Origin: Atractiella rhizophila
Lineage: Eukaryota
NCBI GenBank assembly: GCA_021432655.1
Contig: MU271196.1
Location: 62,001 to 126,000, forward strand
Length of the DNA: 64,000 nt
Reading direction: 5' to 3'
Shown here: positions 1 through 11,485 of the stretch, piece after piece
Layout of the letters: every line of letters starts with the position of its first letter
How positions within the stretch are numbered: position 1 is the stretch's first letter
The notes under the pieces: generated by a model
Told to the model about the DNA's origin: nothing
Seen by the model: only the letters and a program-made list of their open reading frames with translations
The model's database searches: none
Position numbers and translations under genes: made by a program

Positions 1-1035
1 AACGAGATTCACCGCGCTGGAGCTTCCAACGAACAGTCCATCTTGTTTGAGCAAGTGGCGGGACATGACGACGGCTTCATGATCTGACACACTGCGTGAA
101 AATGGTTAAGGTGCGAAAGAGACAACAGCGGAAGACCAACCGAACCACATCGTCGATATTACGGAACGAAAGCCGCATATTATGGGTGGAGCGATTCAGA
201 CCAACCCCTTCAACGATTTGTGTTGAGCGTTGAGAGCTGTAGAAGAGGAGGAGGCAGGAAATTACAGAATCAATTTGGTGGTGACGTCTTGTCCCTTCAG
301 CTTCTGTATCTGCAAACAAGACCCCATGTTTCACCTAGACGGAGATCAGACAGAGATGTGTACACAGTGCCAGAGACACACCTTGTTGCACAATCCACTT
401 CCTTGCGGATCCCCCAGAACGGCATAAGGGTTCCTTCAGATACTTCCCCTATTCCCGCCATCGTCCCTTCAGTACCTAGGTCCCTCTCTTTCAGTTCCGA
501 CGACAACCGAGGGAGGAGAAGTGCCCACCCATTCCCGAAACGAAACAATCTATCTCTCCCCTCATCTGCCTCCAAATCTCCGGTCCGCTCTCCTCCAAAT
601 GTACCTTATAATTTTCCAAATTCTCAAACTGGTCCACGAACAACGCACAGCCTTCTTCTGGTAACTGTCAGGAATCGTCATCCCCGTAGAGCTCTTCACC
701 CACATCTCCCAACTGGGACAAGAACCCTCCCTTCTTGGGAGACGATCCGACACTGAAAAGACCGGGTTTGGGGTTCAGGATGTCGGCGAAGGAGGAAGAG
801 GTGGAAAGGATGGCGCTCTCGTTCACAGCTTCACAGTGATCCCTTCCGTCAGACTAAGTAGGGCGAGTAGTGTGACCTGCTTTCGATATTCAGTGGCTCT
901 CTTGCGCCGGCATTCACGTGGTGATTCTTGTCAACTGTGTGACTGTTCTTTGTCTTCGAGTTGAGTACGCCAAATGGAAGCGGACATACTGTGAATATCT
1001 GATGGGAGAACAATGTCTGGTGCGGACGGAGTTGT
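1..1035 (-). pseudogene. Degenerate partial duplicate of the cysteine-synthase-like gene (runs off the window start)
   Basis: 1-830 is collinear with 3931-4775 and weaker similarity continues to about 1035/5045. Same introns are present. Extra base after GTMAGIG (about 447) and an 11-nt deletion (about 421-434) break the frame; no 5' exons with the PLP-lysine motif found. Confidence 0.85.
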
Positions 1036-1817
1036 TTTACCTTACCCTCCCTCTCTGTCTTTGAACTTTTAAGTTGATAAGACGAAGGTTCAGCAAAACC
1101 AGGAAGACCGAATTGACACAAGATCAAGAAAGCTGTGCGCAGCTCTTCCCTCCCTGTCCCGAATGCAAGGTGCTTCGTGTTCCAAATTAGACGTCAGATT
1201 ATGGATACCTTGAAGTTTTACAGACTGGATTGCCGTGGATGACGTTGGCGTGCAGGAGGCGGCGGGGAGAAAGAGGGCAGGGAGGGGCTGAGGAGTAAGC
1301 ATGCGCGTCAGAATGGGAGTGTCAAGGGGAAGTGTGCTCCTGCGAACTAGTTGAGAAGAGAAGTGAGCAAGCTAAGCATAGCGGAGGAAGGGACCAGGTA
1401 AATCAGGATGAAGTTGACATATGTACATAGCATGGCACTGATCACTTTGAATAAACTCTTCAACACAGTCTTGGCAAGTTGCTACGCATCTTCCTTTCCT
1501 CACCTCCTGGTTCTAATTAAACCACCGTCGTCGCTCTTTCATTGTAATATCCAGGAAATAGCTACGAAACAGTCAACCTTTCATCCCCAGATTCCAAACA
1601 CTGGTAGCCAACCCATCTATCGGATGGACGGGACCGATTCACTGATTATTCACATTCACAACGGCACGGGCAGCAGTCTCGTCAATGCACATTCTTTCAG
1701 CTCGCTCCAGTTTATACCAGAGTGAATTAAAGTTGCTTTGGTCTTATTTATACCGTGAACGTAGTCGGCGGTTCCGACTGTAACTTGAACCAGACGAACA
1801 GTTATATCACAGGCAAT

Positions 1818-3600
1818 ATGCAATACCCAGGCTACCCAGTCACTATAGCCTCACAGAGAAAAGGAATACAAATAGCGAGAATTGCCTGGAAAGACTTGGA
1901 GCTGACATTGTCCCAGTGGCTTATCCGATGGGAGGCGCAGATTCTATTCGACGGTTCATTTGACGATACTATCTTCAAGAACTTTTGGACGGCAATCGCC
2001 AGCCAAGTCCTCAGTATTGAAACTCACATAAATACGATCACAGGAGGTTTTGCTCGAGCCTCCAATGTTGCTCCTCCTTTTTTCGAGTCCTTTCAATTCG
2101 ACCTTTCCGGTTTGAAGTAAGCACAACCTCTACCACACCTCGTCTTTTAAACTGATCCAGGCTCCAGGCAGTCGTTCAGACTTTTTGGTTGGAACCTTTG
2201 CAACAACCTACGTTCAGCTAATACTGTGCGTTTACATCTGACTAAGCAGAATGCCCTCAAGCGCCAGCCTCCAAAACGTATCTCACCATTGGAAAGTTTA
2301 CCCACGGAGCTGCTTTTTTCGATTTTCTCCTTCGCAGTGCACCGTTGGACCGCGGCAACTTACAGGCTACTTCGCATATCCAGACGCACTCAACCAATCG
2401 TAAGTCCCCCATGGACCATCATCTGAATTATTTACTATTGAGTGTACCCAGATCAGGCATCTGTTGTGCGGAAAACCACCCGACCTACGTTCTTACGAGG
2501 ACGTCGACAAGCTCCTTCGGTACCTGACCATTTATCCAATTTGCGCTCCCTCAGTTAAACACTTGAGGATTGGACTCAAAAATCGTGACGGGACTATAGC
2601 ATCGAATCCGTCACTTGACCTTACCACTCTTATGAACGGCTTCTCTCTCGCGAAACTGTGCTATTTGTGCAAGAACGTTCGAGCGCTCACGTTTTGGACT
2701 CCTTTCCACTTTCGATGCGATCCTGGTCAGAATAGTCCCGACATTAACAGGGCGTTCGGTTTTCTCGCGTTGAGTCACATCCAGGTTTACAACAATCACC
2801 CTGGTTTCTTAGTCTCTCTCCTTCAAAAATATCCACGCATTACCACACTGGAGGTCTTACCGCGGGATGGAGATCGAGGTTGGTTTGGAGGTTTTGAGGC
2901 GGGGGATGACTGGTACCCACATCAGTCCTGGCCCGCTGGCCTGAAGGATGTTCTGCCTAATTCGCCACTCCTCCCAGGCGACCTCAAATCCATCCTCATG
3001 CCCGAGTATGGGTTCGACTCAAGTCTTACCACAATGCCCGATGTTATTGTTCACGATCTTGGTCTCAACTCAAGTTTTCCCCCTCTGCAAGTTCTTGAAC
3101 TGGCTCTCTTTGGTCACACAACGGACGAACTCTTATTCCCACTTTTAAGAAAGGTCAAACACTCGATCAAAAACTTGCGACTGGCGGGCGATAGAAATAG
3201 TATTGATCCTGCCTTGACGCACATAGGCCAGAGAAGCTCACTTTGCTACCAATTCTATGGCCTATTGGCTGAATGTACAAATCTGGAATTCCTTGGCCTC
3301 ACGAGTTTGCGTCTGGCCGCTTGGGACCACGGCTTGAATGGATATTTTACACCTGCACTGCGCACGCTGATACTTGACCGAATCACAGGGACTTGCCTCG
3401 ATTTTGGTCTGTGGCTGTCTACGATCATTTCTGCTTCGTTGCCCCTCTCAACCGTGAAAACCCACTTTTTGACAGAGGAATACCCTCAATCTCCAAGCTC
3501 TGCTCAGGACGTGCAAAGGTGGAAAACTATTTTTCAGACCCATGGTGTCACTTTTACCCAAACATGCGATTGGGACTTTGATGGTATCGAGTGGGAATGA
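1818..3600 (+). CDS. F-box-like / LRR-like protein, family A copy 1 (start uncertain)
   Basis: Spliced exons give SPLESLPTELLFSIFSF (F-box-like) followed by a Leu-rich 378-aa exon; GT-AG introns at about 2117-2168 and 2400-2451; close paralog at 59372-61175. Confidence 0.75.
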
Positions 3601-3692
3601 AGTGAGCACAGTTTGAAACGTTGAAACCAAGGAATGCAGTGGATTGCGTTTGTGATATGATTTGATGCTTCAACCAGAACAAATGGTGGAGC

Positions 3693-6480
3693 TCAAGCTT
3701 CTGGATCATCCATAATGTCCTGTATAGTATCTTGAATCTGTATTCCCCGCTCTCCAACAAGATCATCGTTCCAAAATCGCTTGAAGTGCCTACTGCCGCT
3801 ATCGCTATTGTCGGCATATCTTAAGCCTCGTCGCATTTACGGCAATGTCAGCGAAAGACGAACCACAAAACGGTCACAATATTTCCCTCCTTCCCTTGGG
3901 CACTCCATTGACGCGCAACTCGCATGGCTGCAACGAGATTCACCGCGCTAGAGCTTCCAACGAACAGTCCATCTTGTTTGAGCAAGTGGCGGGACATGAC
4001 AACGGCTTCATGGTCTGACACACTGAGTGAAAATGGCTAAGCTGCGAAGGAGACAACAATAGCAGACCAACCGAACTGCATCGTCGATATTGGGGAGCGC
4101 AAGCCGCATGTTATGAGTGGAGCGATTCAGACCAATTCCTTCGACGATCTGCATTGGGCATTGAGAGCTGTTAGAAGTGGAGGAGGCAAGAAAAATTACA
4201 GAATCAATTTGGTGGCGACGCCTTGTCCCTTCAGCTTCTGTATCTGCATACAAGACGCCATGTTTTACCTGGATGGATGTCAGACAGGGAACAATATACA
4301 AGTACAAGGGACACACTTTGTTGTACAATCCACTTCCTTGAGGATCGGCCAGAACGACATGAATGTTCTTTTTCTTGCTCTTCAGATACTTTCCTATTCC
4401 CGCCATCGTCCCCCCAGTGCCTGGTTACCCTCTTTCAGCTTCGAAGACGGCAGGAGAGGAGTGAAATGCCCACCCATTCCAGAAACGAAACAATCGATCT
4501 CTCCCTTCATCTGACTCCAAATCTCCGGTCCGCTCTCCTCCAAATGTACCTTATAATTTTCCAAATTCTCAAACTGGTCCATGAACAACGCGCACCCTTC
4601 CCCTGGTAACCGCGACTCATCATCATCGCCGAAGAGTTCTTCGCCTATATCTCTCAGTTGAGAGAGTAGCCCATCCTGCTTGGGCGATGACGTCGGCGAA
4701 TCCGACAGTGATGAGGATCCGGTTTGAGGTTCAAAGACGTGGGCGTAGGAAGAGGAGGTGGAAAGGACGGCGCTCTCATTTACTGCGATCCCTACGCTCA
4801 GAGCGGGTAGCACAGGCAGTGTGCCCGTCTTTCGATACTCGTCAGCTCGCTTACGCGCCACGTTCACGTAGTGATTCTCATCCACGATGGACGTCGGTTT
4901 GACTACTCTTTACCTTAACTCTATTCGCATCTGAAAGTGAGAAGGCGGACGCACCGATCTCTAAGGTCGCCCCTAGCCGGCGCAGTGTTTGGACTTTGTC
5001 TTGTCCGATGTCTGACGGGAGCACAATGTCTGTCACGAACAAAGTTGAGGAACAATCTTGAGCCATAAAAAGTAGGGAAACGTACACGTATCAATACCCA
5101 AAGCAGCGGCCAGTATCGTAAGACTGATACCAGTAGATCCCGAAGTTCCTTCAAAGACTATCGCCCTCGGACGTTGACTTCCCTCCACATTCGGTATCAG
5201 CGTCCCTTCCTCAATCGCTCTTTGCAACACTAGAAGTCGTTCAGCAATTTTTTGATCAGAGAATAAATAAGAATCTTGCCTCGAAGAGCTACACGATCTT
5301 TTATCGAGCCACCAGGATTGAGAAACTGGTGGGACAGAGTGAGATGAATAGCAGCTCTCCGCAGACTGTACGACTTACTTCACATTTGCCCTACGTTGCG
5401 ACCGTTAGCTTGAAATGACGAGAGCAAGAGTGACAGACAGACAAAGATCCTAACTCCTGGAAAGAGAGCCGATAAACTTTTGATCTCGATTATTGGTGTG
5501 TGACCTGCATGTTGAAGACTATCAATACTGGTCAAGATGCGTACAGTAAGTAAGGGAAGCAAAGCATGAGACAACTGTTGCACTGCACATTAGAAATAAC
5601 TTTCGTTCATCCCACACATTCAAGTCAATACGGCTTCTGTAAACAAAGCCTGAGGAGACCAAAATCAGTGTATGGGTGTTTCTTCATCCAGCCCAACTGA
5701 TTAGCCAAGCTTGAATGTATCCCGTGACTCCTCTTTCCTTACGGCACCTTCTATTCTGAGCATTGTAATTGCTCATTTAGATAAAGAGTATGCTATCACA
5801 AACAAAATGTGTAAAATTTGGTCGGAATACGCTACAGTCAGCCGTTTGGTTCGATTTATTCGATGGTGCCTAGCACACAAATCAAAAGCCACATTTGGGT
5901 CAAGGGACGACGTTGGCTGATGCACATGTGCACATCAGGTGGCCCCTGCATCACTGTTGTAGACTTTGCACTTATCTGTATGGTGCATCAGCTTCTCTGG
6001 AAATCTATGCACTGAGTGTTCACACGTTCACGTTCCCAAAGTAAAGAGGCACCTTGGAAGCGCGACGCTGTGAAAGAGACGATGACGTCGAAATGTCTCT
6101 CAACAGCCGACAGAAAACACATGCATTATAACTTTTCAGCACGAAAGTCGTATCCCTCTCCTAACCGGAGCTCGAAAATATGAACTCCCAGTCCCATCCA
6201 ACCTGACGTAATGTAAAGTGTAATCAAACGCACCAACCAACCCGGCCACGCCATCCTTCCACTCCTCCTTCCCAATCCTAATCCCCCCTCCCCCCTCCAC
6301 CTCGTCCTCGTCATGTTCCTCATCATCCCAATCCTCCCTCACCTCCCACGGCCGCCTCCTCGTCCCGTACCAGTATGCAATACCGTTGAAGAGCACCAGA
6401 CAGGCGAGGATGGAGGCGGGCGTGAGAAAGCGATGGGGCGTCGTGAGACTGGCGCCGACGCGTGAGAGGAGGGTGGACAT
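3693..6480 (-). CDS. Cysteine synthase-like PLP enzyme with N-terminal transmembrane anchor (Mcy1/Cys12 type)
   Basis: Motifs GHTPIIEIKSLS, FLNPGGSIKDRVA (PLP Lys), EGTSGSTGISL, DQFEN, GTGGTMAGIG, VEGIGLNR, GLFVGSSSAVN, CDSGSRHFKRFW. Includes a 12-nt microexon at 5379-5390 (GKCE) and a 729-nt first intron at 5505-6233. Confidence 0.92.
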
Positions 6481-6702
6481 CGTTGCTGGCAGGAAATTGT
6501 TGCTTCCAGTAACCTGTTTCGTTTTGATCGGTCCCGAAGAACAATTCTCGTCATCACAACATTTCAACCATATTTCAACATTTCGTTCCATCAACTCAAC
6601 TCAACCAGAACATAACTGGGCTTACTGTAGGCTACCTCAACCAATATTGTTATTTTACGAGTCAGTTTCTGCGTCATCATCTGGCCCGTGACTAACAACC
6701 AG

Positions 6703-7485
6703 AGCACAGTGCCAATCGCCAAGCTCTCCAACCTCGACGCGCTCCTACGCGTACTCTCCCACGGCTCATCCATCACATTCGGCTCCTTCCTCCTCCTCCA
6801 CCTCTCCTCTCCCGTCCTCGCATCCATCTCCCCCACGTACGCGAACGAGAGCTGGCTCGTCCTCACGCGTAACTACTACCAAACGCAACCACTCGAGCAG
6901 GTGCTCGTATTCGCCTCCCTTGGGGTACACATCGCCACAGGCGCGGCGAGGAGGCTGTTGGTGATATACAGGCGGAGGAGGAGACAGATGAAGAAGGCGA
7001 AGGCTGTGAAGGAGGCGAAGGCTTTTGAGAAGGATGAGGAGACGGTGGAAGGAGTGGAGGGGACGGAGAGGAGGAGTTTGTGGAGTTATCTTCCAAGGAT
7101 GTCCTTGCACGCGCTGACTGGTTACGGTCTCATTCCTTTCGCCCTACATCACATCTATAGCCATAGAACCCTCCCACTCGAGCTCGGAATGTCCTCCCTC
7201 ATGTCGTACACCTACGTCTCTCACGCCATCCGCCGATATCCCCTCACCTCCATATCCCTCTACACGACTGCCACCCTCGTTGGAGTCTACCACGCCATGG
7301 CGGGAATCCGCATCCTCACGTCTGGTGGGAGGAGGAGGAGACTGGATGGATGGGAACGGTTTTATGCTGGGACAGTGTTTGGGATCTTGTTTGGAGTGTC
7401 GAGGATGGCGAGTGACTTGAAACCCCCGAATTGGTTGGTGGGCAAGTTGGATGTCCCCCTAAGGCAGTCTGGGTTTAGATATTAA
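6703..7485 (+). CDS. MCP1: Mitochondrial adapter protein MCP1-like (DUF1691) membrane protein; no AUG found for the N-terminus
   Basis: FGSFLLLHL...LTRNYYQ...EQVLVFASLGVHIATG and LHALTGY...HHIYSHR...SYTYVS...YHAMAG are His-containing TM motifs I recognise from this family. Confidence 0.7.
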   Translation, partial: STVPIAKLSNLDALLRVLSHGSSITFGSFLLLHLSSPVLASISPTYANESWLVLTRNYYQTQPLEQVLVFASLGVHIATGAARRLLVIYRRRRRQMKKAKAVKEAKAFEKDEETVEGVEGTERRSLWSYLPRMSLHALTGYGLIPFALHHIYSHRTLPLELGMSSLMSYTYVSHAIRRYPLTSISLYTTATLVGVYHAMAGIRILTSGGRRRRLDGWERFYAGTVFGILFGVSRMASDLKPPNWLVGKLDVPLRQSGFRY

Positions 7486-8625
7486 GAATAATCAATCATG
7501 TGGGTCGGTTCTGAGCTGAAATTCTCTAACTCGTCCCGCTGCAAATTGTGCCAGTGTTTGAGTTAATCTCTCGACTCCGACGCTTCTGACGTCGAGAGGA
7601 ACACCAAGAATTCCACATGGGAATATGGAGTCCTGCATTCGCAGCTAAGAGAAGTTTGCCCAACACATCTCTGTATCAGAACGCTTTTGTTTGTGAGCGT
7701 GCATGTGGTGGTCTCGCGCTTTCATCTAATTTTGTCTCATTTTAATGCACCTTTCTGTTTTCTTACCATCTTACTCCTTGATTTTTACTAGAAATTTCCT
7801 TACAAGTATATAAAGGGTGCAAAAGTTGAGGCATTATTATTCCCGGCATACGTAAACGACATGAATCAACAATATCACTTGTAGTCCTCTTCTCTCTTTC
7901 ACCTTAGAATGTATCCCCCACTGCAAATCCGTTTGGGAAATGGAGGGGGCAGAAGCACATGTAATTCAACATCATCCGTAACATCTACATAGTTAATCTC
8001 GCGATGCGAATGCGAGGCTGTCAGTGCTTCAGAAGACAAGTCACTCCCAAATTGACAAGCCAGTCCAGTCCCTCAGTCAGATACAATGCTCCGCACTTGC
8101 GTCCCCAAATGTAGTCCTAAAGCCAAAATCTCAAACAGCGTCGAATCCCATCATTCTCGTGGCCGTTGAATAGTGGTCACGGTTTGTGGTCAGATTCCAT
8201 ACCAGCATGCGACTGCCGTCTTGACTTGGTGAAGCATTGAAGCCTAAGACTAAGGCACATTCTGCCAACGACCAATACTGAACAAAATGGCCAACCAGGT
8301 GGGAAGGGGACGGCTTTTGCGGTTGAATATTGTCCAATGTTACTTCTGACAAATCCAAATTGATTATCAGCTTGCATGTGAACTTAAAGGGGAGCAGGGA
8401 AAAGCAGAACGCAATCTATTCGGGAACTGCCGAAAATCCACTACTGTTTTATTGATTCGGACAGAGAAGTAAGCGAAATCAGTCCTTGACATAGATAGCA
8501 CGACAAGACTTCACTCACATGTCAGACAGCGATGGTACACCGAAACTTCTCAGATTCAGCCCATCAACCTTCCAAAGGGCGGCGAGGTGACTGCTCCTTG
8601 TAGTCTTTTCTGCTATAAGCGAAAA

Positions 8626-11143
8626 TCAAGTCCAGACCAAACGGTGCAAAGGGAAATGGACAAACCTGTGTTTACCAACAGGCATATCCAGCTCAATATT
8701 CCTCCTTTTATGACTTTGATTCATTCCATCTAGGCGTGGTCGAGACTTTGGATCAGCGGCGGTCAATTGGCTTGCGAGATCCAAAAGCTGATGATCATCC
8801 GGGAGATATAGACCAAAGAAACGAAGGATAATGCTGCCCGTCGCCCACAAATTGACAGGGATAGCTTCATATGTCTGTTTCGGTCCATCATCTTCCCCGA
8901 CTTCTGGGGCAACCCACCTCTTCGTCCCTTGGAAGCCTTTCAAAATCGTATCTGAGGCCACTCGACGAGATAATCCAAAATCAATAATATGGAGAGTCTT
9001 GTCAATGACAACAAGGTTATCGGGCTTGAGATCCAGGTGCGCAAAGCCTTGACTGTGCATAAATGCAACACCATCGATGAGTTGGTGACAGAGAGAGATC
9101 GCAAGAGTGCTGTTGAAATGAGTTCCGAGTTTAAAGCTGAGATCGCGCAGGGGAATTCCGAGTGGAAGAATGAGGAGTTGGTCACCTTCACACTCCAAAA
9201 CTTCGATAATCTTTATGGTATGATTCCTCCGGTCGTACATTTGCGCAAGGGAACGGTGTATCGCTGTTTCTTCGAGCTCGGGGCCTTCAACGATCTTGAC
9301 AATAAACCGCTTCCCGTCTCGTCGACAAACAGTTGCTACTGATGGGTAAGAAATTGATGGTGTCTGGAGTCATGTAGTCAGTGCTGAAAGGATTGAGCTG
9401 GGGAGCACGGACCTCATCGACTAAGGTCCAGCCACTGGGATCAAGCTGGACTATCGAGTAGCCCGTATCTAGAAGAGCCTTCGTGACTGCAGGAGTATTC
9501 CATCTCTGCGACTTTGCCGCTCTGCTTTGTGACTGTTCACCTCCATTCTCGTCAGTCGCTTTCCGCTTTCCGTTCTTCGTGTGGCCAGTGGAATAGAAAG
9601 ATCGGAGTGGCTTTACTACCGCACGTTCCAAATTTGTTAGGATATTGTAGGGATCGATGGGTTTCATGATGTCGGGGAAATTGTATAGCTCAAGGAGAAA
9701 CTTGAACACTCCGGCTGGCTCCTGGAGATTGAATGTGTCATGTTGATAGACAACTTTTCCCTAAAAAACCTTCAGAGCACTTATAAAGAGCAACCAAGTC
9801 CGCTCACGCTAGGATTTTGCATATCCTCACCACACATCAAATACCGTTTAACTATCAGTTCGTTGTCCATGTAACAACAAATCAGAACGAATTGCCACGG
9901 TTCGTCCTTGGTCTTCTCAGCTGAGTTGATGTCGTCCTGGGCTAATCTGACCAAGGTGGCGCCTCGGAGCAGCATTCTCGTTTCATCCCATCGAGGTGTG
10001 TCTGACTGAACCTCAACTAGAAGTCGTGGTGTGTTTGACTTGTCACGAAAGGCGCCATCACTGCGCGGCGATATTTGAACTGGAACAAGGGATCATACGG
10101 TGTTTGACCCAAGGTAATAAATAAAACGGCCACTCTTCGTCGCTGAACACAATTGTCAACTTCAACCAAGTTACGAAAGGGTCTAGCTTACTAGTGAAAG
10201 CTCTACCCCTGCATCCCTTCTGACAGCTCAATTCCCACTGGATCCAGATATTTCGAGCAAGCGTAGAATTGTTTGTCCTGGGAAAAGCGGTGGTTGCATA
10301 AGCTGTGACACCCATGTTCAAGGATTGCGGCATAATGACTCAGCTCTCCCGCCGTCACTATCCGGTCAGAAAGGTCAACATTTCGACCATACTTTGCCTT
10401 AAGATGCTCTGCATATTCAAAGAACCCATTCAGTTCTTCCCGTTTCGACTCGGAAGGCATATTGAAAATTTGGCCAGTTGAGTTTTAGCGTCGAGTAGCG
10501 CTTGTGAGGGGCGACTGTGGATTTTGTTCTTCTCCAACAGATCCAGGCTGTCCACGAGACTAGGGAAAGACGCCTTAGATTCAACCTCGAATCGTGCCAA
10601 TTGGAAGATTCCATTCGTATGCGTCTGCAGCCATGCACTTGAACCTGCCACTGTGAAATTCGTCAGGGGCGGCCCGCGAAATGATGAGGAGACAAACATA
10701 CCATCCAGATAAGGGTCGAGGAATGGTAAAACTTCAGCGATAACATGCAATTCAGACATGTTGGGCTGATTTGGCCAATAAGAGCTGAGGTTGTGAAGTG
10801 ATGGAAGAAAGTCCAACTCCAACGGGAAATGTGTCTTGGGCGGTTCAGCGATATCCAATCCATCACTGTTCCAGAAAAATTGGATGGATTGGACCAGCTG
10901 CTTGGTTTCTTTCCCGAAAGTACCTGGTAGGTTTTTCACCTTCCAGAGTCTCAGTCGGCAAGCTTCTGCACTGTCTCTCGGAAGGGTGAGTGAAGAGATG
11001 TTGATGTCACGCTCCAGATGTCGTCTTAGTTCGGATATCCATCGTATCGACGCGACATTGGTTGTTGTTGGACTAAAATAAATCTCCTCTCCCCCTGCTT
11101 TAACTCCAGTAACAACGTAGATCAGTTCAGAGAGCGCCGCCAT
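8626..11143 (-). pseudogene. Crinkler-like protein: CRN header + PD-(D/E)xK-like nuclease + Ser/Thr kinase; frame-disrupted as assembled
   Basis: N-terminal LRLWKV ... LHVIAEVLP motifs; middle WPFYL...PRSDGAF...LLVEVQS...DETRMLL; kinase FIVK, HLDLKPDN, DFG, GTKRWVAPE. Four apparent 1-nt deletions and a possible in-frame TAG at 10203-10205. Confidence 0.75.
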
Positions 11144-11485
11144 GGTCGTTCGTAATTCTCGAAGCGGGCTAATGCAATATAATGCTGTTTGCAATGTCTT
11201 CGTTGTTTTCCATTATTCTGTGGCTGTTACGGATATATGTGTAACATATTACCGTTTTAGGAAAGTCGGAATCAAAAATTGGAGCCGTGAGCTTCGAAAA
11301 GCACTAGGGTTATACAGAGGCTACGAGTGCGCTTTGTTGAATCCTTGATATTTATAGTGGCTACTGGTAAATGCGGCTGGTATTCCCACGTCATGCTACA
11401 ACACGAAAACAAAAGAAGAGGTTTATGCAACAGACTTAATGCAAGATTGTTATCAGTCCAAAGTCTACAAGCTCAATGAATCCAC

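Noticed and set aside
5505..6233. Group II intron (GUGCG 5' end, radiating domains, AGCCGUAU near the 3' end)
   Set aside because: GTGCGT is a common spliceosomal donor in this window, the intron ends in CAG, and no complementary 3' half of domain V was found.
7500..8600. Intergenic stretch with a TATA-like element (about 7808) and short ORFs
   Set aside because: No recognisable product, repeat ends or convincing structure.
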